Notes: generated from the letters alone by a model not told the origin. Shown: positions 8,596 through 16,476, counted from the first letter of the stretch. The stretch: 17,693 bases of DNA from a candidate division WOR-3 bacterium (GCA_039803745.1 JBDRZD010000040.1:1-17693); one strand, 5' to 3'. A program made the numbers and translations.

Positions 8596-8859
8596 ATGGC
8601 AAAAAGAATTTTAACAATAAGGAATATTGTGGCAGTAATTTTAGCAGGTGCTCTCGGAGACATACTGGGTAAAATACTTATCACATTTCTTCCAAAAAGT
8701 CCTGCAAGAGACGCCCTTCTTTTTCCTGTAAAATTTGGACTATCTGATATAAGACTTGATTTAATAATAATTGATTTTTCCTTCGGGTTAAAATTTCAAA
8801 TAAATCTTCTTTCTTTTCTTTTAATATTCTTGATGGTTTATATCCTTCAAAAAATTTGA
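8596..8859 (+). CDS. Small membrane protein, DUF4321-like
   Basis: 87 aa with two hydrophobic helices flanking G....LDL....FSFG..F.INL.S, matching my recollection of DUF4321 proteins. Confidence 0.65.
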   Translation: MAKRILTIRNIVAVILAGALGDILGKILITFLPKSPARDALLFPVKFGLSDIRLDLIIIDFSFGLKFQINLLSFLLIFLMVYILQKI

Positions 8860-10016
8860 TGATTTCATTGATACTTTTAGGAGCAGGTAAAGGAAAAAGA
8901 TTTAAATTCCCTAAATCTTTTTTAAAGATAGAAAATTATCCACTTTATTTTTTCCCATTAAAAACCTTCTCAAATTTTAAAGAAATCGAAGAAATAATAT
9001 TAGTCATTCCAGAAAGAGAAAAGAAAAATGTTTTAAAAGAAATCAAAGAATTTAAAATAGATAAAAAAATTAAGGTAATAGAAGGGGGAAAAGAAAGAAT
9101 AGATTCTTTAAAAAATGGGCTCTCAAAAGCAAAGGGGGACACCGTCTTAATTCATGATGTATCAAGACCTTTTGTTCCGGAAGATTTAATAAAAAGAGTT
9201 TTAAAAGCAAAAGGAGATGTTGTTGTTCCTTTTTTAAGAGTTTATGATACAGCAGTTTATGATTTTGAAATTTTAAAAAGAGAAAAAATAAGATTAATCC
9301 AAACACCACAAAAAATAAATAAAAAAATTCTATTGAAAGCAATAAAAAGATCAAAAGGCAAAGTTTATACTGATGAATCAACAATGATAAAAGAAGTTTT
9401 AAATATAAAACCGAAATATATAAAGGGTTCAATGATAGATTTTAAAATCACTTATCCTGAAGATATTAATTTTCTAAAACTTGTATGGAAAGGGCTTTAT
9501 AAGCCCCTTATAGGTTCAGGTTATGATATTCATAAGCTAGTAGAGGGAAGAAAACTTTATTTAGGGGGAATTTATATTCCTTATAAAAAAGGAGCATTAG
9601 GGCATTCTGACGGGGACTCTTTAATACATTCAATTGTTGATGCAATCCTTGGTGCAATTGGTGAAGGAGATATTGGAAAACATTTTCCAGATACTGATCC
9701 AAGATGGAAAAATGTAAGAAGCGAAATTTTTTTAAAGAAATGTAAAGAGATGCTTGAAAGAAAAAATATAATAATAGGAAATATAGACTCTATAATATTT
9801 CTTGAAGAACCAAAACTCGGAAAATATAAAGAAAGAATAAGAAAAAATATTGCAAGAATATTAAATATTAAAGAAGAGAAAATATCTGTAAAGGCAAAAA
9901 CATTTGAAGGAATTGGAATTATAGGTAAAAAGATGGCAGTTGCATCTCATTCAATATGCCTTCTTTTCCAGAAAACTTTCCCTCCATTTTCATCCACACT
10001 TAAAACAAGGTCGTAA
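8859..10016 (+). CDS. ispDF: Bifunctional IspD/IspF (MEP cytidylyltransferase / MEcPP synthase)
   Basis: IspD: LGAGKGKR..PK, GGKER..S, HDVSRP, QTPQ, TDE, KITYPED. IspF: GSGYDIH, GHSDGD..IH...DAILGA, GDIGKHFPDTD, SVKAKT.EG. ATG 8859 (TGATG overlap) is preferred over TTG 8856. Confidence 0.95.
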   Translation: MISLILLGAGKGKRFKFPKSFLKIENYPLYFFPLKTFSNFKEIEEIILVIPEREKKNVLKEIKEFKIDKKIKVIEGGKERIDSLKNGLSKAKGDTVLIHDVSRPFVPEDLIKRVLKAKGDVVVPFLRVYDTAVYDFEILKREKIRLIQTPQKINKKILLKAIKRSKGKVYTDESTMIKEVLNIKPKYIKGSMIDFKITYPEDINFLKLVWKGLYKPLIGSGYDIHKLVEGRKLYLGGIYIPYKKGALGHSDGDSLIHSIVDAILGAIGEGDIGKHFPDTDPRWKNVRSEIFLKKCKEMLERKNIIIGNIDSIIFLEEPKLGKYKERIRKNIARILNIKEEKISVKAKTFEGIGIIGKKMAVASHSICLLFQKTFPPFSSTLKTRS

Positions 10017-11413
10017 GTGCCCTCTTCAGGCAGTTCAAAAATTTCCCTTCCAAACCTCTTTTTAATTTCATAAACATTTACCTTTTCAATATAAGAAGAT
10101 AAATAGAAATTATGTTTGCCAAGTTTTAAAATCTTTTCAATTTCTTTAAAAACATCTCCTTTTATCACAATATCTACTCTCTCTTTAATATCCCTCTCCT
10201 TTTCAGTTCTTATAGCCTCTTCAAATTTTTTATCAAAATATTTTAAGTTTTCCTGAGAGATTGAAAAACCAGCAGCATAACTATGTCCTCCAAAATCTAT
10301 AAAAATATCTTTAACTTTATTTAGTAAATCATAAATTGAAATTGGAGGAAAACTTCTACCTTCACCTACCCACACCCCGTTTGTCCTATACCCTATTACA
10401 ACAGCAGGAAGCCAGTATTTTCTCTTTAAAACATTTGCAATCCATCCAAGACTTTTGAGTCTTATATTTTTATCAATCACGAGAACAAAATCATCTCTTA
10501 AATCAATAAATTCTTTTGCAAAGTTTAAACTTTCTTTTGAGAATTTTGCTGATAATTTTTCTTCCTTTAAAATTCTTAAAAAATATTCCCTTTTTAAAGA
10601 AAAATCCTCTTCTTCAAAAAGATAAAAGAGTAAAGATTTTCCTTCTTTTGAAGATAAAGAAGAAAAAATGCTCACAAAAGCGTATATATCAGGTTCTTTT
10701 CCAAGAGTTTCATAATAAATTTTAAAAAGGAGCCCTCTTTTTTCTTTTATTATTTCTCTTGCTTTATTTAAAATAAATAAATTATCTCCAAGAAGAGGAA
10801 CCCTATCGGCGATAATACCGCAGGATGAAAGTATTATCTCGTCAGGGTAATTTTTATATAAATATTCAAAATCCCTTCCTTCTAAAAGCATATAAGCATA
10901 AAAAAATAAAAGAGAAAAACTGGATGCAGAAAGACAAGGAAAACCTCTCCCATTCTGAGGGTGAAGCAAAAGAAATCTGTCATAAGAATGAGTATATTTA
11001 TGATGATCAAGAACAATTACATCGAGTCCTTTTTCCTGAGCATATTTAATTTCTTTTATATCAGAAACTCCGCAATCAAGGGCAAATATGAAACTCGCCC
11101 CACTTTTAATTGCCATTTCTATAATTTTATGGGAAATACCATGGGGATCTTCTTCTTTTGAAGGTATAAAAATTTCATAAGGCAGATCCAAAATTTTAAA
11201 GAGTGATGTAATTATCATACAGGATGCAATTCCATCCATATCATCATGAGCAATAATAAACCCTTTTTCACCATAATTTCTTTTTTCCCTCAGAAAATCT
11301 ATTGCTTCTTTAAAATTTTTATAATCAAAAGGAGAAGAAAGCAAGGATAAAGGATTTAAAAGAACTTCTAATGGCTCTTTTATTCCCTGTTTTTTTAAAA
11401 ATTCCTCAACCAT
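9947..11413 (-). CDS. DHH/DHHA1 phosphoesterase, divergent RecJ-like
   Basis: HDDMDG, LDCG, LDHH, GIIADRVPL..DN, GEGRS, FGGHSYAAG. Several RecJ-specific motifs are missing. Confidence 0.85.
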   Translation of the reverse strand: MVEEFLKKQGIKEPLEVLLNPLSLLSSPFDYKNFKEAIDFLREKRNYGEKGFIIAHDDMDGIASCMIITSLFKILDLPYEIFIPSKEEDPHGISHKIIEMAIKSGASFIFALDCGVSDIKEIKYAQEKGLDVIVLDHHKYTHSYDRFLLLHPQNGRGFPCLSASSFSLLFFYAYMLLEGRDFEYLYKNYPDEIILSSCGIIADRVPLLGDNLFILNKAREIIKEKRGLLFKIYYETLGKEPDIYAFVSIFSSLSSKEGKSLLFYLFEEEDFSLKREYFLRILKEEKLSAKFSKESLNFAKEFIDLRDDFVLVIDKNIRLKSLGWIANVLKRKYWLPAVVIGYRTNGVWVGEGRSFPPISIYDLLNKVKDIFIDFGGHSYAAGFSISQENLKYFDKKFEEAIRTEKERDIKERVDIVIKGDVFKEIEKILKLGKHNFYLSSYIEKVNVYEIKKRFGREIFELPEEGTYDLVLSVDENGGKVFWKRRHIE

Positions 11414-12353
11414 TTGAAATTATTTCTTCAACTTTTTTTATAACATTCTCTACTGTTAAACCAAATTTTTTAAAAAGTTCATAAGGGGTCCCACTTTCAC
11501 CGTATGTATCATCAAGTCCTATAACCTTTATTCTGCAAGGATTTTTATCAGACAAAAACCTTGCAATCATTGAACCAAGTCCACCATTTAAAAGATGTTC
11601 TTCAATAACAACAATTCCCTTTGTCTCCTTTGCTGCTTTTAAAAGGGTTTCTTCGTCAAGGGGCTTTATTGTGTAAAAATCAATTACTCTTGCCTTTATC
11701 CCCTTTTTTAAAAGTTCATCACGAGCATCAAGAGCAATATGAAGAGTAAATCCATAAGAAATTATCGTAACATCATCACCTTCTTCAAGAACCTTTGTTT
11801 TCTTCCATTCAAACTCTGTATTCTCATTATAAATTATAGGCGACTTCGGTCTTCCTGTTCTTATATAAACAGGCCCTTTATGCTTAACACATTCCTTTAC
11901 TGCCCATCTTGTTGCAAACTCATCAGCAGGAGCAACAATTACAAAACCAGGAAATGTTGCCATAAGTGCAATATCCTCAACTGATTGCTGCGTAAATCCA
12001 TCCTCTCCAACAGAAATACCTGCATGGGATGCAACAAACTTTACATTTAACTTGCTTCCAGCAACACCTATTTTTATCTGTTCGTAAGCCTTATTTATCA
12101 TAAAGCAAGCAAAAGAAGAACAGAAAGGAATTTTACCGCTTGTCGCAAGTCCTGCTGCTGCTGAAACCATGTTTGCTTCTGCTATCCCGAAATTAAAGAA
12201 TCTATCAGGAAATTTTTTGCCAAATAAAAATGTGTATGTTGATTTTGAAAGATCAGCATCAAGAACAACTATTTCTTTATACTCTTCTCCAATTTCTAAG
12301 AGAGTTTCACCATATGCCTCCCTTGTTGGTTTTCCAAGTTTCCATTCCCTCAT
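11406..12353 (-). CDS. Transketolase, C-terminal (pyrimidine-binding) subunit
   Basis: TREAYG, LDADLSKST, GIAEANM, VGEDG, YIRTGR, TIKPLD, EEH...GGLG, YGESG. Confidence 0.95.
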   Translation of the reverse strand: MREWKLGKPTREAYGETLLEIGEEYKEIVVLDADLSKSTYTFLFGKKFPDRFFNFGIAEANMVSAAAGLATSGKIPFCSSFACFMINKAYEQIKIGVAGSKLNVKFVASHAGISVGEDGFTQQSVEDIALMATFPGFVIVAPADEFATRWAVKECVKHKGPVYIRTGRPKSPIIYNENTEFEWKKTKVLEEGDDVTIISYGFTLHIALDARDELLKKGIKARVIDFYTIKPLDEETLLKAAKETKGIVVIEEHLLNGGLGSMIARFLSDKNPCRIKVIGLDDTYGESGTPYELFKKFGLTVENVIKKVEEIISNG

Positions 12354-13189
12354 AAATCTTCACTTATTTCCTTTAAAGCTCTTATTTCTTCTTCTTTATT
12401 TGGTGCCCTCCCATGAAAATGATTGTTCCCTTCCATAAAAGAAACACCTTTACCTTTAATTGTGTGTGCAATTATAATTTGTGGCTTATGCTTAATCTTT
12501 TTTGCTTCCTCAAAAGCCCATAAAATCTCTTCAAAATTGTGTCCATCCTTTACTTCAAAAACTTCCCATCCAAAACTTTGCCATTTTTTTATAACAGGTT
12601 CTATATCTAAAATCTCACTTATTCTCCCATCAAGTTGAAATTTATTGTAATCCATTATTGCACATAAATTATCAAGCTTATGAAAGGAGGAAAACATTGC
12701 TGCCTCCCATACCTGTCCTTCCTGAGACTCACCATCACCTATAAGAACATAAACCCTATAATCCTTTTTATCAATCTTACCTGCAAGAGCAACACCAACA
12801 CCAACAGAAAGTCCCTGCCCAAGTGAGCCTGTTGATACTTCTAATAAGGGTAAAAATCTTTTATCAGGATGACCTTGCAACCTTGAACCAATTTTCCTTA
12901 AAGTTAAAAGTTCTTCTCTTTCAATATACCCACATTGGGCAAGTGTTGCATAGAGAGCAGGAGCACCATGCCCTTTACTTAAAATAAATCTATCCCTTTC
13001 ACTCCAAGTAGGATTTTTTGGGTCATGCCTCATCACTTTAAAAAAAAGAGAAACAAGAATTTCAACACAGGAAAGACTTCCTCCAGGATGACCAGAACCA
13101 GCATTTCCTGTCATCTTTATTATATCTTTTCTGATTTCCTTTGCTATTTTTTGAAGAGTTTCTATTTCAGAAAAGGTTATTCTTTGCAT
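12350..13189 (-). CDS. Transketolase, N-terminal (TPP-binding) subunit
   Basis: SGHPGGSLS, DRFILSKGH, LQGHP, TGSLGQG, GDGESQEGQVWEA...N, TIKGKG. ATG 13189 is preferred over the track's TTG 13213, which lies inside the predicted promoter. Confidence 0.95.
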   Translation of the reverse strand: MQRITFSEIETLQKIAKEIRKDIIKMTGNAGSGHPGGSLSCVEILVSLFFKVMRHDPKNPTWSERDRFILSKGHGAPALYATLAQCGYIEREELLTLRKIGSRLQGHPDKRFLPLLEVSTGSLGQGLSVGVGVALAGKIDKKDYRVYVLIGDGESQEGQVWEAAMFSSFHKLDNLCAIMDYNKFQLDGRISEILDIEPVIKKWQSFGWEVFEVKDGHNFEEILWAFEEAKKIKHKPQIIIAHTIKGKGVSFMEGNNHFHGRAPNKEEEIRALKEISEDL

Positions 13190-13202
13190 TTTAATATTTA
13201 AA

Positions 13203-13232
13203 AATATATACAAAAGGCAAGATTAAAATCAA
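13203..13232 (-). promoter_or_regulatory. Putative promoter for the transketolase/recJ-like genes
   Basis: TTGATT (13232-13227, overlapping the upstream stop codon), 18 bp, TATATT (13208-13203), 13 nt, ATG 13189. Confidence 0.5.
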
Positions 13233-15163
13233 ACAGAAAATTCATTTATATATTCAGATATATCTTTTAAATTTATTTTTTCATCTCCCTTTAACTTTTT
13301 AACAAGGTCAAACATACAGAGGCAATATGGACATGCTGTCACAATATTTTTTGAAAGTTTTAAAATTTCTTCAAACCTTATTTCATTTATTTTCCTTTTT
13401 GAAGGAACCTCAATCCAAAAACCCCCTCCCCCACCACCACAACAAAAAGAATTTTCTCTTTTTCTTTTTGGTTCTTTTAAATTTCCAATAAGTTTTATTA
13501 TTTTCCTTGGAATTTCAAAAATATTGTTATATCTTCCAAGATAGCATGGATCATGATAAACAAAATCTATACTTTCTTTTCTTAATTTAATTTTACCTTG
13601 CATAATAAGTTCATATAAAAACTCTGTATGATGCAAAATCTCTTTATCAAATCCAAATTCCTTATATTCTTTCTTAAAAACCTGGTAACAATGAGGACAA
13701 ATTGTAATTAATTTTTTAAAATTATATTTTTTTAAATTGCTTATATTCTCTTCTGCAAGAATTTGAAAAAGGTATTCATTTCCAAACCTTCTTACACTAT
13801 CACCTGTGCATTTTTCTTCCCTTATCACTCCATAATTTAAATTCAATTTATTGAATAAGTCTAATAAACTTCTAATAACCCTCTGATTTATTTCCTCAAA
13901 AGCACCAAGACATCCAACCCATAAAATAAAATCATATTCTTTATCTTTTTCAGCAAATTTAATTATATCCTTAAATTTTGAAAATCTTTCCTCAGTAACA
14001 CCATAGGGATTTCCATACCTTTCTATATTCCTGAATAAATTAGATATACTTTTTGGTAATACCCCAAGAGAAAGGGATAAATATCTTCTTAAATTTATTA
14101 TTATATCAAGTATTGGAACAAGAACAGGACACCTTTTTACACAATGAAAACAGGTTGTGCATGGTATAATTTCCTGAGAGTTTATTAAATTATCAATAAT
14201 ATCAATCTCTTTTTTATAATAAAGATTTTTCAAATTTAAAATAATTCTTTTAGGAGAAAGTTCTGTTCCTGAATTATATGCAGGACAAACTTCTTCACAC
14301 CTTCCGCATTTTATACAGGCATCAATACCGATTATTTCTTTCTTTTTTAAATCCTCTAATTTATTAACACCAAAAAATTCTTCCTTTTCTAAATCAATTT
14401 TTTCTATATAACTTTTTTCTTCCTGAATAAAATGATTTAAAGGCGCAAAAATTATATGAGAAAAAGAAGAAAAGGGGATATAGGAAATTAAAGAAAGGGC
14501 TAAAAAAGCATGAATTATCCATAATATAAGATGCAATTTTTTAATTAAAAATAAATCCAAATTTTTAAATGGTAAGGAGAATAAATAGCCCATAAAAGAA
14601 AAATGAGAAAAAGGAGTTTCTGCTCCTAAAATTCTAAAACTTTCAGTAAAAATTCCTGTAATTCCTATAAAGAATAAAAGCCATAAAATTATTTGAAAAT
14701 CAATATCATAAGTAAGTCTTTTTGGCTTTAAAATATACCTTCTTATAATTGCAATTATAATACCAAAAATAAGTAATAAAGAGAAAAAATCAAGAGTGGA
14801 TTCAAATATTAAAAAATATATATTTTTTAAAAATTTTTTATTAAAAAGGGGGATTGTTATTCTTTCCTCAATTGTTAAAGTAAATGTTCCAAGAAATAAA
14901 ATAAAAAAACTTAAAAATATTAAAAGATGCATTATACCACTAAATTTTTCATATAATACTTTTATCTGAAAAAAAGAGTATTTGATAAAATTTTTAAATC
15001 CTTTTTTAAAATTTATTTTAAAATCACCCCTTCCTTTCCTCCAGAAATTATAGTGAAGGTATATACCATAAAAGAAAATGGAAACACTCAAAAGTGAGAA
15101 TAAATAAAATAAAATTTTTAATATTCTGGGAATATTCCAGAAAATTTCCCTTGAAATTTCCAT
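13229..15163 (-). CDS. Membrane-bound Fe-S oxidoreductase, FadF/HdrD-like (NarI-like TM region, two 4Fe-4S motifs, two CCG domains)
   Basis: TM helices carrying His residues (MHLL, LHL..W..H, SHII); CIKCGRCEEVCP; CTTCFHCVKRCP; WVGC..EKCTGD..CPHC; YHDPCYLGR..FCCGGGGG..ACPYC. Confidence 0.9.
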   Translation of the reverse strand: MEISREIFWNIPRILKILFYLFSLLSVSIFFYGIYLHYNFWRKGRGDFKINFKKGFKNFIKYSFFQIKVLYEKFSGIMHLLIFLSFFILFLGTFTLTIEERITIPLFNKKFLKNIYFLIFESTLDFFSLLLIFGIIIAIIRRYILKPKRLTYDIDFQIILWLLFFIGITGIFTESFRILGAETPFSHFSFMGYLFSLPFKNLDLFLIKKLHLILWIIHAFLALSLISYIPFSSFSHIIFAPLNHFIQEEKSYIEKIDLEKEEFFGVNKLEDLKKKEIIGIDACIKCGRCEEVCPAYNSGTELSPKRIILNLKNLYYKKEIDIIDNLINSQEIIPCTTCFHCVKRCPVLVPILDIIINLRRYLSLSLGVLPKSISNLFRNIERYGNPYGVTEERFSKFKDIIKFAEKDKEYDFILWVGCLGAFEEINQRVIRSLLDLFNKLNLNYGVIREEKCTGDSVRRFGNEYLFQILAEENISNLKKYNFKKLITICPHCYQVFKKEYKEFGFDKEILHHTEFLYELIMQGKIKLRKESIDFVYHDPCYLGRYNNIFEIPRKIIKLIGNLKEPKRKRENSFCCGGGGGGFWIEVPSKRKINEIRFEEILKLSKNIVTACPYCLCMFDLVKKLKGDEKINLKDISEYINEFSV

Positions 15164-15173
15164 TAAGAAAATA

Positions 15174-15203
15174 ATTATAAAATTTTCAATTTTAAAAAAT
15201 CAA
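15174..15203 (-). promoter_or_regulatory. Putative promoter of the Fe-S oxidoreductase gene
   Basis: TTGATT (15203-15198), 18 bp, TATAAT (15179-15174), 10 nt, ATG 15163. Confidence 0.6.
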
Positions 15204-15210
15204 ATTTTAA

Positions 15211-15240
15211 TTGACATTCCTTTTATAAATTCTTTATATT
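15211..15240 (+). promoter_or_regulatory. Putative promoter of the lysA-aspartate kinase operon
   Basis: Consensus TTGACA (15211-15216), 18 bp, TATATT (15235-15240). Confidence 0.7.
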
Positions 15241-15253
15241 TAAACTCAAAATT

Positions 15254-15349
15254 ATGAAAGTGGAAGAAAATAAGAAATGCTTAAAATGGTCAAAAAAAGA
15301 GAAAAAAGTCTATTTACACCATCTTATATATATGATAAAAATCTTATAA
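15254..15349 (+). other. Candidate Lys-rich upstream ORF (31 aa) overlapping the lysA start out of frame
   Basis: MKVEENKKCLKWSKKEKKVYLHHLIYMIKIL*; it begins at the first ATG after the predicted -10 box. Whether it is translated is unproven. Confidence 0.3.
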
Positions 15350-16476
15350 TTAAAAATCTTTCTTTTCTTAAAGAAGTTTTTTCCTCCTGCAATGCTGAAA
15401 TTTTCTTTGCTGTAAAAGCAAATACCTCAATTTCACTTTTGAAAATAATAAAAGAGGAAGGAGTAGGAGCAGAGGTAACCTCCCCTGGCGAAATATTTGT
15501 TTCATTAAAAGCCGGATTTAAGCCTGAAAAAATTTTATATAATAATATAGCAAGAAAGGAAGAAGAAATTTTATATGCAATAAAAAAAGGAGTAATATTT
15601 TTCAATTTTGAGTCAATTGACCAGGCAATTTTACTTGAGAAATGTGCAAGAAAATTAAATAAGAAAATTAAAACTTTTATCAGAATAAATCCAGGTATAT
15701 TCCCGCCTTCTCATCCTCATCTTTCAACTGGCTCTAAAAATAGCAAATTCGGAATTACTTTTGAAGAATTAAAAAATAACTTAAAAAAATTAAAAAAATT
15801 GAAATTTGCAAAAATTGTAGGAATACATTCTCATATAGGCTCACAAATATTAGAACCAGAGCCTTTTGTTAAAAACGCAAAGAAAGTTGAGGAAGTTTTT
15901 AATTTTTTAAAAGAAAAAAAATTTGAAATAGAATATCTGAATTTAGGAGGAGGGTTTGGAATACCCTATTTACCTAATGATAAAAATCTTGATTTTGATC
16001 CTATCAAAAAGGCATATGAAAATTTATATAAAAGATACAATTTAAAAATATTTCTTGAACCTGGCAGATTTATAGTGGGAAACGCTGGTTATATTTTAAC
16101 AAGAGTAATTTCAATAAAAGAGAGGGATAATATGCCTTTATATATAATTGATGCAGGTCTTACAGAAAACCCAAGACCTGCTTTATATAATGCTTATCAT
16201 CATATTAAGCCATTGTATAAAAAGAAAGGAGAAATAATTAGATCTCGTGTTGCAGGTCCCTTATGTGAGAATTCCGATGAATTTGGAATTTATGATTTGC
16301 CAAGATTAAAAATAGGTGATTTACTTATAATTTATAATTGTGGTGCTTATACAAGAACAATGGCTTCAAATTATAATGGAAGACCTTTTGCACCTGAATA
16401 TTTGTTTGATAAAAATTTAAAAATTATAAGGAAAAAACAGAAATTTGAAAGGCTTATAGAGGATGAGAAATATTAA
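15277..16476 (+). CDS. lysA: Diaminopimelate decarboxylase
   Basis: TP.YIYD, FAVKAN (PLP Lys), SPGE, RINP, SKFG, HSHIGSQ, NLGGG, EPGR, RPALY, GPLCE..D, GAY...MASNYN. The start may be 15277 or 15286. Confidence 0.95.
   Translation: MLKMVKKREKSLFTPSYIYDKNLIIKNLSFLKEVFSSCNAEIFFAVKANTSISLLKIIKEEGVGAEVTSPGEIFVSLKAGFKPEKILYNNIARKEEEILYAIKKGVIFFNFESIDQAILLEKCARKLNKKIKTFIRINPGIFPPSHPHLSTGSKNSKFGITFEELKNNLKKLKKLKFAKIVGIHSHIGSQILEPEPFVKNAKKVEEVFNFLKEKKFEIEYLNLGGGFGIPYLPNDKNLDFDPIKKAYENLYKRYNLKIFLEPGRFIVGNAGYILTRVISIKERDNMPLYIIDAGLTENPRPALYNAYHHIKPLYKKKGEIIRSRVAGPLCENSDEFGIYDLPRLKIGDLLIIYNCGAYTRTMASNYNGRPFAPEYLFDKNLKIIRKKQKFERLIEDEKY

Noticed and set aside
11406..13189. Split transketolase as a possible frameshifted pseudogene
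   Set aside because: Two-subunit transketolases are common, both halves have intact motifs, and they are joined by a normal ATGA overlap.
13421..13445. C-rich tract that looks like a repeat or G-quadruplex
   Set aside because: It encodes the CCGGGGGG motif of the CCG domain on the minus strand.
15164..15276. Lysine riboswitch or T-box upstream of lysA
   Set aside because: The gap is only 113 bp, almost entirely A/T and largely occupied by two divergent promoters. There is no room or pairing potential for such an element.
1274..15605. The other short (60-141 aa) ORFs opposite to or inside annotated genes
   Set aside because: All are nested within well-supported genes, and most have the Phe/Leu/Ser-rich composition expected from reverse-reading A-rich codons.
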